Shown here: one piece after another, positions 1-9,848 of the stretch | Layout of the letters: each line of letters begins with the position of its first letter | Numbering within the stretch: the stretch's first letter is position 1 | Assembly: GCA_965278995.1 (NCBI GenBank) | Contig: OZ257136.1 | Location: 1,491,057-1,555,056, forward strand | DNA from: Gammaproteobacteria bacterium | GTDB taxonomy: Bacteria > Pseudomonadota > Gammaproteobacteria > Ga0077536 | Length of the DNA stretch: 64,000 nt | Direction of reading: 5' to 3' | Position numbers and translations under genes: made by a program | Notes under the pieces: generated by a model | The model's database searches: none | Told to the model about the DNA's origin: nothing | What the model saw: only the letters and a program-made list of their open reading frames with translations

Positions 1-3
1 CGC

Positions 4-909
4 GTGTTCGACTGTTATTGGGGCGTGCTCGGCGAGACCCCGGGCGGCGGTCTGCTGTTCACCCGTGACGAACTCTTGCGCGGCTCGCTGGATGCCGGTC
101 ACGCCAATCAGGCGCATCGCGACATGCTGACCGAGACCGAGACTGTCGGAGTGGAGGAAGTCGCGCGCCGTGCCAATCTCGACATGCGCTGGGATCCGGC
201 TGCACCACCGCTCGAACAAGTCATACGCGAACTCGCGCGACGTCTGGCGACACGTCCATCGCGGCGTTTTGCGCCGGCACGGCACGGCTCGCGCATCGAC
301 TTCCGCGGGACCATCCGGCGCAATGCCCGGCATGGTTTTGACCTGCTCGACCTTGCGCGCACTCAGCGCAAAACGCGAAAAACACGGATAGTTCTGCTGT
401 GTGACGTCAGCGGGTCGATGGATGCTTTCAATCCGTTTCTGCTGCAGCTCATGTTCGGCCTCCAGCAGGCACTGAAAGCGAGCCGTACGCTGGTCTTCAG
501 CACGCGCACCAGCGAGATAACCACTCTCCTGCGTCGACGCTGCGTGAGCGAAGTCCTGGCCGCGATCAGCGACAAGGTTCGGCACTGGTCGGGTGGCACG
601 GACCTCGGCGCGGCGCTCGGCGAACTCAACCGAGGCGTGCTGCGCGAAGGGTCGTCGCGCTCGACAGTGTTGATAGTCATCAGCGATGGTTACGACAACG
701 GCACGCCAGGCATCATCGAGCGCGAGCTCCAGGCAACGCGTCTGCGTATCCGCACGCTGGTCTGGATCAATCCGATGTTCGGCGCCAGTACGTTCAGCGT
801 TCGCGCCGCCGGAATGCGCGCCGCACTGCCTTACATCGATCATTTTCTACCGGCTTTCAATGCCGCAGCACTGCATACCCTGGTCAAAGGGCTCGCGGCG
901 CTGAGGTGA
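4..909 (+). CDS. VWA-domain protein, CoxE-like (5' partial)
   Basis: vWA MIDAS-type motif 'IVLLCDVSGSMD'. The overall layout matches CoxE/VWA proteins that pair with MoxR ATPases. The ORF runs off the window start. Confidence 0.6.
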   Translation: MFDCYWGVLGETPGGGLLFTRDELLRGSLDAGHANQAHRDMLTETETVGVEEVARRANLDMRWDPAAPPLEQVIRELARRLATRPSRRFAPARHGSRIDFRGTIRRNARHGFDLLDLARTQRKTRKTRIVLLCDVSGSMDAFNPFLLQLMFGLQQALKASRTLVFSTRTSEITTLLRRRCVSEVLAAISDKVRHWSGGTDLGAALGELNRGVLREGSSRSTVLIVISDGYDNGTPGIIERELQATRLRIRTLVWINPMFGASTFSVRAAGMRAALPYIDHFLPAFNAAALHTLVKGLAALR

Positions 910-2804
910 AGACCATCGCCGCCACTGAGCTCCACGCGCGCACCTCGCCGCAGCGCCTGCTTACTGCCTTGCTGCTGGCGTGGAGCGGTCTGGCCGGCGC
1001 CGTCAGCTACCTCGACGATATCGGCTTTACCGCGCTCGCCGCTGGCGGACCGCTGGCCGATGGCGCTAGCGTCCGTATCGATCAGGTCGAGGCGTCGACC
1101 GCTGCCGATCCGCTCAATCCGGTCTATCGCGCCGACCCCGCCAATGCGGCGTTCAGCGGGGTGACGTTCATCGATCAGACCGCCGGCCCGAGCCCACTTT
1201 TTTCCGGTCACGCTACTGGTGTCGCACAACGGTTTGCCGGTAACGATGCGATGACGCCGGGCATCGCGACGGTCGACAGCTACGACGCCAACGACTGGCT
1301 AGGCGCTGTCCTGTATGGCGATGCGGTCGGCAGTCTGCGGCCAGTTGCCGGCACCGGAGTTCTCGCCAACCACAGCTGGGTCGGCAGCACCGAGACGATG
1401 GTACAGGCCGCCGATCTCCTGCAGCGGCTCGACTGGCTGGTGCTAACCGATGGCTTCGTGCAGGTGGTTGCGGCACAGTCGACCACGCGCACCCTGCTGG
1501 CTCCCGGCTACAACGTTCTCGCTGTCGCGGCCAACGCGTTGCCGGTCAACGGTCTGTCACCGGCTATCGATACGTTCTATGTCGCCGGTCGAACCTTGCC
1601 ACAGGTCAGCGTACCGCTGCCGACGATCAGCGCGGCGGTAGCCGTCGTGACGTCGGCGTCAGCGTTGTTGATGGCAACCGCTGCAGCGAGCAACCCAGCG
1701 CCAGAATTGCTGAAAGTATGGTTGATGGCCGGCGCCGACAACCGTACGCGGAATGTCAGTGGCGCCGATCTGCAGGCCTATACAGCGAACAGCGCCAACG
1801 GTCTGGATCCGCGTTACGGCGCTGGGCAGTTGAACATCCGCAACAGCTACCAACTGGTACTCGGCGGCGAGCGCAACAGCATCGAAGACGGCGGTGTGCC
1901 GGTCAGCACCGACGGTTATGACCGCGACGATGCCTTCGGCGGTGCCGCCAGCAGCAATAGCATCGCCAACTATCCGCTGGCAGGCATCGTCCGTGCGGGG
2001 CGATTGGCGATCAGTTTGAGCTGGCTCGCGCGGATTGTTGACGATGCTGGACTGTTCGACCCTTCGCGAACTCTCTACAACATCGATTTGCAGCTGATTG
2101 AGACGGCCGGCGGCGGGATCGTCGCGAGTTCGTCGAGCTTGAACGACAACACCGAGAATCTCCGCGTCGCGGTGAGCCCCGGACACAGCTACACGATCAG
2201 GGTGGTCAATGCACACGGTGCCGCGTTCAATTGGCCCTATGCGATTGCCTGGCATCTCGATCCCGACGGCGATCGCGATACCCTGCCTGACCGTCACGAA
2301 ACCACGGCCTGCCCGCTCGCCGATGACGCCGACAGCGATGACGACGGTCTGGCCGATGGTGCAGAAGATGTCGATGACGATGGTGTCGTGGATGCCACTG
2401 AGACCTCGCCCTGCGCTGCCGACAGCGATGGCGACGGCGTGCAGGATGGCACTGAGCGCGGCGTTGCCACCGGGGTCGCCGATCCCGACGGCGCCGGACC
2501 CTTGCTCGGTACCGATGCTTCGCGCTTCCAGGCCGATGCTGACCCGGCCACGACGACATCGGCGACCACCGCCGACAGCGACGGCGATGGCTTTGTCGAT
2601 GGACTCGAAGACAGCAATGCGAACGGGCGACTCGACGCCGGTGAATCCGATCCGGGCTCAGCCACTTCCGTGCCGCAGCACGGCGTCACCGTGCCGCTAC
2701 CAGCATGGGCGTTATGGCTGCTCGCGGTCGGTCTCGCTGGTTTAGCTCAGCTGATCCGCAGTACCAGCTTGCCCATCTGCTCGGATTCGAGCATGCGCCG
2801 ATGA
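906..2804 (+). CDS. Secreted protein with thrombospondin type-3-like Ca-binding Asp repeats and a VPLPA-CTERM sorting tail
   Basis: GTG start overlaps the stop of the upstream ORF. N-terminal signal peptide '...LLLAWSGLAGAVS'. Repeated 'DxDxDGxxDGxE' units (DSDGDGVQDGTE, DSDGDGFVDGLED). The C-terminus reads 'VPLPAWALWLLAVGLAGLAQLIRS...RR', a VPLPA motif followed by a TM helix and basic residues. Confidence 0.7.
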   Translation: MKTIAATELHARTSPQRLLTALLLAWSGLAGAVSYLDDIGFTALAAGGPLADGASVRIDQVEASTAADPLNPVYRADPANAAFSGVTFIDQTAGPSPLFSGHATGVAQRFAGNDAMTPGIATVDSYDANDWLGAVLYGDAVGSLRPVAGTGVLANHSWVGSTETMVQAADLLQRLDWLVLTDGFVQVVAAQSTTRTLLAPGYNVLAVAANALPVNGLSPAIDTFYVAGRTLPQVSVPLPTISAAVAVVTSASALLMATAAASNPAPELLKVWLMAGADNRTRNVSGADLQAYTANSANGLDPRYGAGQLNIRNSYQLVLGGERNSIEDGGVPVSTDGYDRDDAFGGAASSNSIANYPLAGIVRAGRLAISLSWLARIVDDAGLFDPSRTLYNIDLQLIETAGGGIVASSSSLNDNTENLRVAVSPGHSYTIRVVNAHGAAFNWPYAIAWHLDPDGDRDTLPDRHETTACPLADDADSDDDGLADGAEDVDDDGVVDATETSPCAADSDGDGVQDGTERGVATGVADPDGAGPLLGTDASRFQADADPATTTSATTADSDGDGFVDGLEDSNANGRLDAGESDPGSATSVPQHGVTVPLPAWALWLLAVGLAGLAQLIRSTSLPICSDSSMRR

Positions 2805-3754
2805 GCAACGACGGCCTCGTCGAACGGGTAGACATGATCGATGACCGGGCGCAGCCGCTGCGTGTTGACGAACTCGATCATGGCGCGGAATTCTTCCGGC
2901 CGGCCCATGGTTGTGCCCTGAATGCGGACCTGACGGAAGAACAATTTGGCCATGTTCAGTCCGGTCGTCGCATTGCCCTGAGTCGCGCCAAAAAACACGT
3001 AGCGACCACCGTTATTTAACGTATCGAGCGCATCGTGGAGACCGTCGCCGCCGGCACTGTCGACGATGAGATCGATGCCGCCGCTGGCCTCACGCAGTTT
3101 TTTGGCCCACCCCTTCTCGCGGTAGTTGAAGCCAGCCGTCGCACCGAGTGCAACGCCGGCGGCCAGTTTCTCCGCACTGCTCGAGGTGACATAGACTTCC
3201 GCGCCGTGACCGCGCGCCCAGGCCAGCGCAAACGTTGCGCAACCGCCGCCAATGCCGGTAATCAACACTTTCTGACTTCGTGCCACTTCGCCGTGCGTGA
3301 CCGTCGCCCGCCATGCCGTGAGGCCAGCCAGCGGCAATGCAGCCGCTTCTTCCCAGCTCAGATAAGCCGGCTTCGGCACCAGCGAACTCGCCGGTACGCA
3401 CAGATATTCGGCAAACGTCCCTTGGTCGGGCATGCCGAGCACCCGGAATGTCGGTCCGCCGCACCGCGGATCGTCGCCCCACTCGAGCGCCGGATAGAGA
3501 ATGACTTCGGTCCCGAGGAGTGCCGTCTCGACGCCCGCACCCACCGCATCGACGAGACCGGCGCCATCGGAGCCGGCTACTGCCGGAAACTGGATGCGCG
3601 GGTAGGCCCCAACCGTGATCCAGACATCGCGCCGATTGAGTGCTGCGCATTTCACCTGCACGCGGACTTCGCCCGGGCCGGGTTCCGGCGTGGCGATGTC
3701 TTCGAGGGCGAGCTTGTCGGGTCCGCCGATTTCGCGCAGTACCAGTGCTTTCAT
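2747..3754 (-). CDS. Zn-dependent alcohol dehydrogenase / NADPH:quinone oxidoreductase family
   Basis: Start trimmed to the internal Met 'MKALVLREIGGPDKLALEDI...'. MDR-family N-terminus and a 'GIGGGCATFALAWARGHGAEV' Rossmann motif. It sits 4 nt from the crotonase gene upstream in operon order. Confidence 0.7.
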   Translation of the reverse strand: MKALVLREIGGPDKLALEDIATPEPGPGEVRVQVKCAALNRRDVWITVGAYPRIQFPAVAGSDGAGLVDAVGAGVETALLGTEVILYPALEWGDDPRCGGPTFRVLGMPDQGTFAEYLCVPASSLVPKPAYLSWEEAAALPLAGLTAWRATVTHGEVARSQKVLITGIGGGCATFALAWARGHGAEVYVTSSSAEKLAAGVALGATAGFNYREKGWAKKLREASGGIDLIVDSAGGDGLHDALDTLNNGGRYVFFGATQGNATTGLNMAKLFFRQVRIQGTTMGRPEEFRAMIEFVNTQRLRPVIDHVYPFDEAVVAHRRMLESEQMGKLVLRIS

Positions 3755-3758
3755 CGGA

Positions 3759-4550
3759 TCATCGCCCCTTGAATTCAGGTTTTTCTTTGCGCGTGAAGGC
3801 GACAATCGCGTTCCGCGCATCTTCGGAGTATCTGGCCAGTCCGGCAATCGCGCGCGTCTCGAGTTCCATCTGCGTTTCCAGGGTATTGCTGTGGCTGTCG
3901 GCAATCAGCCGCTTGCTCTCGCCGTAAGCGAGCGTGGGGCCGGCCGCGAGTTGATGCGCAACAGCGAGCGTGCGGGTCATCAATTCATCATCCGGCACGA
4001 CTTCGTTGATCAGACCCCACGCCAGCGCCTGATCCGCGGTCAACACGTCGTTCAACAGGATCAGCTGCATGGCTTTGACATGGCCGACGAGTCGCGGCAG
4101 GAACCAGGTGCTGCTGCCGTCCGGTGACACGCCGGCCTTGGTATACGCTTCAGTGAATTTGGCCGATTTCGCGGCAAACACCAGATCGCCGGTGATCGCC
4201 ATGCTGAAACCGGCACCGGCAGCGACGCCGTTGACGGCCACCAGATAGGGCGCGTTCATGCGAGCGAAGCGCGCGATCGCGGCGTGCAGTCCGGTCGTCG
4301 CGTAGCGCATGTATTCCGACATCTGCTCGCCCTGGGCGGCAAAGCTGTGCAGATCGCCGCCAGCCGAAAACATCTTTCCAGCGCCGGTCAGGACGACCGC
4401 GCGGATCTCCGGATTCGAATCGCAGTGTGTCGCCACTTTGACCAGTTCCTCGGACATCGGAACGTTCAGGCTGTTCGCCGCTTCGGGCCGGTTCAGCGTG
4501 ATGATGGCGACGCCGCCGTCGCGCTCGAAAGTCAGCGTTTCGTAAGTCAT
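3759..4550 (-). CDS. enoyl-CoA hydratase/isomerase (crotonase family)
   Basis: 'ERDGGVAIITLNRPEAANSLN' and 'GAGKMFSAGGDL' crotonase motifs. Confidence 0.8.
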   Translation of the reverse strand: MTYETLTFERDGGVAIITLNRPEAANSLNVPMSEELVKVATHCDSNPEIRAVVLTGAGKMFSAGGDLHSFAAQGEQMSEYMRYATTGLHAAIARFARMNAPYLVAVNGVAAGAGFSMAITGDLVFAAKSAKFTEAYTKAGVSPDGSSTWFLPRLVGHVKAMQLILLNDVLTADQALAWGLINEVVPDDELMTRTLAVAHQLAAGPTLAYGESKRLIADSHSNTLETQMELETRAIAGLARYSEDARNAIVAFTRKEKPEFKGR

Positions 4551-4608
4551 GCGTAGGACCTCGTTGCCGGCGGGCCGGCCGTGGATATTAAGAAACAGGG
4601 ATTAAGGA

Positions 4609-4809
4609 TCAGGGCTGAGATTCATCGGTGGATGGCCACGCGCGTCGGCTTTCGAGCTCGGCCAGTACGGCCATGCGTTCAGCGGGCGTGAACAGAAGCC
4701 ATGACGATATTTCGCGGAGCGTTCGATAGCAACCTCGGCAGTAATCCGTCGACGGGTCCATGATGCAGACACCGATACAGGGCGACGCGAGCTGCTCAAG
4801 GTGATTCAT
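4609..4809 (-). CDS. DUF1289 family protein (small putative Fe-S/Cys-cluster protein)
   Basis: 'CIGVCxxDxxxxxCRGCYRTLREISSW' Cys spacing typical of DUF1289. Confidence 0.6.
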   Translation of the reverse strand: MNHLEQLASPCIGVCIMDPSTDYCRGCYRTLREISSWLLFTPAERMAVLAELESRRAWPSTDESQP

Positions 4810-4827
4810 GCCGGATTCACCGCACGC

Positions 4828-5664
4828 CTACCCGATCGTTTCCAGTTCACGACCGGCGAAATCGGCCAGATAGTCGAGACCCGCCACCGCGCGACTGCCG
4901 TACCAGGACAACATCTCGCCGTCGACGAGTCGGACCGGCGTGCCACCGCCGAGCAGCTGGCGGACTTCGGCCACATGTTTGTCACGAAACGGATACGGCT
5001 CGCTGCTCAATAGACACAAATCAGGCGCGAGCGCTGCCATCGCCGCGGCGGTCAGCGACGGATAACGCTGCTCGTGGTGCAGCGGCACGGTCTGCCACCG
5101 GACCAGTGCCAGCGTTGCCGCGATATAGGTCGCCGGGGTCACGGTCATCCAGGGTTCCCGCCAGATCAGATACAGCACGCGTCGCGTCGGCCACTCGGCA
5201 CTCGAACGCGCCATGCGTTCGAGCCCCTGCTCGAAGCGCAGGCACAGATCCTCGGCTTTGGCTTCCCGCTGAAAAATCGACCCGAGCAGGCGATAAAGCG
5301 CGAGATTGTCCTGCGGGACCAGCGGATGCGTGACGATGACGACGACACCCATTGAACACAACGCGTCGTAAGTCGCTCGCGTGTTCTCGTCGATGTTGAC
5401 CACGACATGGGTCGGCGCCAAGGCGCGCAAACCGTCAAGGTCGACATCTTTGGTTCCGCCGAGTTTCACCACTCCGCCGAGCGCGCTGCGCGGATGGATG
5501 CAGAAGCCGGTGCGGCCGACGACCTGCCCGCCCAGGCCGAGGTCGAACAGCAGCTCGGTAATGCTCGGCACCAGCGAGACGATGCGGGCATCCGGTCCCG
5601 CAATCGTGTGCTCGCAGCCGCTGGCATCCCGCCTACATGTTGCGCCGGTATTCGCCGCCGACAT
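4828..5664 (-). CDS. BtuF-like cobalamin-binding protein (TroA/helical-backbone fold), apparently without a signal peptide
   Basis: '[25 protein letters not shown]' matches the BtuF N-lobe signature. There is no hydrophobic leader before it. Its 5' end overlaps the 3' end of icmF. Confidence 0.55.
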   Translation of the reverse strand: MSAANTGATCRRDASGCEHTIAGPDARIVSLVPSITELLFDLGLGGQVVGRTGFCIHPRSALGGVVKLGGTKDVDLDGLRALAPTHVVVNIDENTRATYDALCSMGVVVIVTHPLVPQDNLALYRLLGSIFQREAKAEDLCLRFEQGLERMARSSAEWPTRRVLYLIWREPWMTVTPATYIAATLALVRWQTVPLHHEQRYPSLTAAAMAALAPDLCLLSSEPYPFRDKHVAEVRQLLGGGTPVRLVDGEMLSWYGSRAVAGLDYLADFAGRELETIG

Positions 5665-8600
5665 CGTAGAGCGCTGCAGAGACTTGCCCGAGTGAGGCGT
5701 GCTTCACGGTCTCGACCAGCTCCGCAAAACAATTCGCACGGCGGCGTGCAACTTCCTGCAGTACGCGCAGCCGTTCGGCGGATTCCCCCGCATGAATATC
5801 CTGGAAATTGCGCACGGAGACGATTTGATCCTGCTTCTCTTCCTCGGTCGAACGCATCAGTTCAATCGTCGTCACCTGATCTTCCTGCCCTTGCTTGGGC
5901 AGAAACGTGTTGACGCCGATCAACGGCAGACTACCGTCATGTTTCTGGTGCTCGTAATACAGGCTTTCGTCCTGGATCTTGCCGCGCTGGTACATGGTAT
6001 CCATCGCGCCGAGCACGCCGCCGCGTTCGGAGATGCTCTCGAACTCTTTGTACACCGCCTCTTCGACGAGATCGGTCAGCTCGTTGATGATGAACGAACC
6101 TTGCCACGGGTTCTCGCAGAAATTCAGCCCGAGTTCGCGATTGATGATCAACTGGATGGCAACCGCGCGCCGGACCGAATCCTCGGTCGGCGTAGTGACT
6201 GCTTCGTCATACGCATTGGTATGCAGGCTGTTGCAGTTGTCGAACAACGCGTACAACGCCTGCAGCGTGGTGCGGATGTCATTGAAGCTGATCTCCTGCG
6301 CGTGCAGGCTTCGCCCGGAGGTCTGGATGTGATACTTCAACATCTGACTGCGCGGGCTTGCACCATAACGTTCGCGCATCGCACGCGCCCAGATCCGGCG
6401 GGCGACACGCCCGATCACGGTGTATTCCGGATCCATGCCGTTGGAGAAGAAGAAACTCAGGTTGGGCGCGAAATCGTCGATGTTCATGCCGCGCGCGAGA
6501 TAGTACTCGACGATGGTAAAACCGTTGGAGAGCGTGAACGCGAGCTGGGAGACCGGGTTCGCACCGGCTTCTGCGATGTGGTAACCGCTGATCGATACGC
6601 TATAAAAATTGCGCACCTTATTGTGGACAAAGAATTCCTGCACATCGCCCATCATCTTCATGGCGAACTCGGTGGAGAAGATGCAGGTATTCTGCGCCTG
6701 GTCCTCCTTGAGGATGTCGGCTTGCACCGTGCCGCGCACGGCAGCGAGCGTCTCCGTCCGGATTCGGGCATACGTCTCGGCATCAACAACCCGATCGCCG
6801 GACAAGCCGAGCAGCCCGAGGCCGAGGCCGTCGTTGCCGGCTGGTAGCGGACCTTTGTACTGCGGTCGTTCGCGGCCTTTGAAATACTCGGCAATCTTCT
6901 TTTCGGCAGCAGCCCACTGGCCGTTGCTCTTGAGGTACTTCTCGACCTGCTGATCGATGGCGGCATTCATGAAAAAAGCGAGAATGATCGGCGCCGGCCC
7001 GTTGATGGTCATCGACACCGACGTTTTCGGCGAGCACAGATCAAAGCCGGAATAGAGCTTCTTGGCGTCGTCGACCGATGCAATCGAGACGCCCGAATTA
7101 CCGACTTTGCCGTAAATATCCGGTCGCTCGTGTGGATCCTCGCCGTATAGCGTGACGGAATCGAAAGCCGTCGACAGGCGCGCTGCCGGTTGACCCTGCG
7201 AGAGATAGTGGAAACGCCGATTGGTCCGCTCGGGGGTGCCTTCACCGGCGAACATCCGGGTCGGGTCCTCGCCTTCGCGGCGATACGGGAAGACGCCGCC
7301 GGTATAGGGATAACCACCCGGCAGGTTCTCTTTCATCAGGAAACGCAACAGGTCGCTCCAGCCGTCGAAACGGGGCGGTGCAATTTTTGGAATGGCCTGA
7401 TGGCTCAGGCTGGTCTTGTAGTTGTCCCCTTCGATGGCCAGGCCGCGGACCTCGTAGCGGTATTTCTCGGCCGTGATGTCCTGCAGCCGCTCCGGCCATT
7501 CGACCAGCAACAGGCGTGGTTCGGCACCGAGGTCATCGAGCGCAGCGTTATAGCGCTGGCGGAGCGTCAGCAACGTCGCATCGCCGCCGGTCGTCAGTGC
7601 GTTCTGCGCATAAGGTTCCAATGCAGCCGGCAATGCACTGTCGGCGAGGCTTTTCAGCGTCTCCCAGGTATGTTGCGCACGGGCGGCGGCATCGCATAGC
7701 GTTTCGATATCGCTGTTGACACTGCGACCCTGTTCGGCAATTTCTGCCAGATACCGGGTGCGACTGCCGGGAATGAGCACGGTCGCTCGCGGCTCTTTCA
7801 GCGTCGTGTCGAGCACCGGCAACCACTGCTCGGCGGGCAGACCGAGTTTCTCGGTGAGCTTGCGACACAGATTGGCGAACATCCAGGTCAGACCCGGGTC
7901 GTTGAACTGGCTCGCGATGGTCGGAAACACCGGGATGTCGTTATCGGCGATCTCGAATTCCGCGTGATTCCGTTTCCACTGCTTGCGGATGTCGCGCAGC
8001 GCGTCTTCGGCGCCACGTCGGTCGTACTTGTTCAAGACAATCAGCTCGGCGAAGTCGAGCATGTCGATTTTCTCGAGCTGACTCGCCGCACCGTATTCGC
8101 TGGTCATGATGTACAACGGGATATCGACGAGGTCGACAATCTCGCTGTCGCTCTGGCCGATGCCTGCCGTCTCGACAATGATCAGATCGAACCCGGCCGA
8201 TTTGAGGCAGGCGATCGCGTCGGCCAGCATCGCATTGGTCGACAGGTGCTGGCGACGAGTCGCCATCGAACGCATGTAGAGATTCTCGTGGCGCAGACTG
8301 TTCATGCGGATGCGATCGCCGAGGAGTGCGCCGCCGGTGCGTCGTCGGGTCGGGTCGACCGCCAGTACGGCAATTCGCTTGGTCGGGAAGTACTGGCAGA
8401 ATCGCGACAGGATCTCGTCCGTGACACTGCTCTTGCCGGCGCCACCGGTGCCGGTGATGCCGATAACCGGCACCGCACCAGCGGCCATCCGCCATTCCTT
8501 GCGGAGTTTATCCAGGCGCGTCGGCGTAATGGCGCCGTCTTCGAGCGCCGACAACATCTGGGCGATGGCCAGTGTATCGGTAACCGTCAGTCGTTCCGGC

Positions 8601-9079
8601 ACGCTCGAACCTCGCCGTGCCGCTACCGTGCGATTGACGAGATCGGCAATCATGCCGAGCAGTCCCATCCGCATGCCGTCGTGCGGATGATAGATACGCT
8701 CGACGCCGTAAGCTTGCAGGGCTTCGATTTCTTCCGGCGTGATGGTGCCGCCGCCGCCGCCGAACACACGGATGTGGCCGGCGCCTGCTTCGCGCAGCAT
8801 ATCGACCATATAGCGGAAATATTCGTTGTGTCCGCCCTGATACGAACTGATGGCGATGCCGTCGGCATCTTCCTGCACGGCCGCCCGCACCACATCGGCA
8901 ACCGAGCGATTATGGCCGAGGTGGACGACTTCGACGCCTTCGCCCTGGATCAGGCGTCGCATCACGTTTATCGCGGCGTCGTGACCGTCGAACAAGGACG
9001 CTGCTGTAACGAAGCGGAGCGGGGCCTGGGCGGTGGCCGACTCCGGGATGGCACTCAAATCTTCTGCGCTGCTGCTCAT
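5633..9079 (-). CDS. icmF: fused isobutyryl-CoA mutase (B12-binding domain + MeaB-like G-protein + mutase catalytic domain)
   Basis: 1148 aa. N-terminal B12-binding '[13 protein letters not shown]...'. P-loop '[12 protein letters not shown]' of the MeaB GTPase. C-terminal methylmalonyl-CoA-mutase-like barrel. Confidence 0.85.
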   Translation of the reverse strand: MSSSAEDLSAIPESATAQAPLRFVTAASLFDGHDAAINVMRRLIQGEGVEVVHLGHNRSVADVVRAAVQEDADGIAISSYQGGHNEYFRYMVDMLREAGAGHIRVFGGGGGTITPEEIEALQAYGVERIYHPHDGMRMGLLGMIADLVNRTVAARRGSSVPERLTVTDTLAIAQMLSALEDGAITPTRLDKLRKEWRMAAGAVPVIGITGTGGAGKSSVTDEILSRFCQYFPTKRIAVLAVDPTRRRTGGALLGDRIRMNSLRHENLYMRSMATRRQHLSTNAMLADAIACLKSAGFDLIIVETAGIGQSDSEIVDLVDIPLYIMTSEYGAASQLEKIDMLDFAELIVLNKYDRRGAEDALRDIRKQWKRNHAEFEIADNDIPVFPTIASQFNDPGLTWMFANLCRKLTEKLGLPAEQWLPVLDTTLKEPRATVLIPGSRTRYLAEIAEQGRSVNSDIETLCDAAARAQHTWETLKSLADSALPAALEPYAQNALTTGGDATLLTLRQRYNAALDDLGAEPRLLLVEWPERLQDITAEKYRYEVRGLAIEGDNYKTSLSHQAIPKIAPPRFDGWSDLLRFLMKENLPGGYPYTGGVFPYRREGEDPTRMFAGEGTPERTNRRFHYLSQGQPAARLSTAFDSVTLYGEDPHERPDIYGKVGNSGVSIASVDDAKKLYSGFDLCSPKTSVSMTINGPAPIILAFFMNAAIDQQVEKYLKSNGQWAAAEKKIAEYFKGRERPQYKGPLPAGNDGLGLGLLGLSGDRVVDAETYARIRTETLAAVRGTVQADILKEDQAQNTCIFSTEFAMKMMGDVQEFFVHNKVRNFYSVSISGYHIAEAGANPVSQLAFTLSNGFTIVEYYLARGMNIDDFAPNLSFFFSNGMDPEYTVIGRVARRIWARAMRERYGASPRSQMLKYHIQTSGRSLHAQEISFNDIRTTLQALYALFDNCNSLHTNAYDEAVTTPTEDSVRRAVAIQLIINRELGLNFCENPWQGSFIINELTDLVEEAVYKEFESISERGGVLGAMDTMYQRGKIQDESLYYEHQKHDGSLPLIGVNTFLPKQGQEDQVTTIELMRSTEEEKQDQIVSVRNFQDIHAGESAERLRVLQEVARRRANCFAELVETVKHASLGQVSAALYDVGGEYRRNM

Positions 9080-9738
9080 GGTTTTCTGTCTCCCCTTCGA
9101 TTCCCACGTGGCAGCAAGGCCAAAGCCATCTGCCGCTTCAATGATTCATGCAAAAACTGGATGTGCTGCGCGGCTTCCGGCGTCGCGAGCCACTGGTAAA
9201 CGATGCCGATGATGGCGGCACAAAATTGTTCCGACGTCCCCGCGACATCGACGTCAACGTCAATGCCACCACTCGCGATGCCTTTCTCGATCCATGCCGC
9301 AACGTCCCTGCGGCGACGTTCATGAATATTGGCGACGACCTGTTTCAGTTCAGGTTCCGGACCGATGGAATCGAACCACAGCATATAGAACGCGCGAATG
9401 TGATCGGTTCCTTCGACCACGAACCGATAGTGCGCGTCAGTCGCCTGCGCGATGGCTTCGAGCCCTACCTGGTCACGCACCGCGCGGCGCAGTTCGCGCA
9501 ACCAGGAATCGCCGATGGAACGGATGATGAACGCGAACAGCCCGCCTTTGTTACCGAAACGATAGCTGGCGAGACCACGACTGTAACCGGCACGCTCGCC
9601 GACATCCTTCAGGGTGGTACCGGCGGCGCCGCGTTCGCAGATCAGCGCGACGGCGGCATCGAGCATGCGCGCATCGGACAGCGCCGAGCGGGCGGCCTGG
9701 GTCCGCCTCTCTGGCTCGAGGTTCAACTGGCTGCTCAT
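9076..9738 (-). CDS. TetR/AcrR family transcriptional regulator
   Basis: N-terminal HTH '[27 protein letters not shown]'. ATGA stop/start overlap with icmF. Confidence 0.8.
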   Translation of the reverse strand: MSSQLNLEPERRTQAARSALSDARMLDAAVALICERGAAGTTLKDVGERAGYSRGLASYRFGNKGGLFAFIIRSIGDSWLRELRRAVRDQVGLEAIAQATDAHYRFVVEGTDHIRAFYMLWFDSIGPEPELKQVVANIHERRRRDVAAWIEKGIASGGIDVDVDVAGTSEQFCAAIIGIVYQWLATPEAAQHIQFLHESLKRQMALALLPRGNRRGDRKP

Positions 9739-9764
9739 GGACGCGGATTATGCGGGTCCATAAA

Positions 9765-9779
9765 CTTGTTTGCAACAAG
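9765..9779. promoter_or_regulatory. near-palindrome cttgtttgcaacaag 27 bp upstream of the tetR start, a candidate TetR operator
   Basis: Seen directly in the 110-bp tetR / GGDEF-EAL divergent intergenic region. Confidence 0.35.
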
Positions 9780-9848
9780 CAAGTGTGGCGCTGCAGGCCA
9801 TCTCATCCATACTGACTACATGGGAAAGCGACGGATTTTGCTAGTGTT

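Noticed and set aside
2747-2804. 58-bp convergent overlap of the VPLPA-protein tail with the ADH 3' end, considered as a frameshift indicator
   Set aside because: Both reading frames stay open and plausible. Overlap of convergent gene ends does occur. Flagged inside the related finding rather than called a pseudogene.
5699-9199. Long plus-strand ORFs (382 aa, 411 aa) antisense to icmF
   Set aside because: Low-complexity Arg/Ala/Gly-rich translations typical of antisense frames in high-GC DNA. icmF has unambiguous B12, MeaB and mutase motifs.
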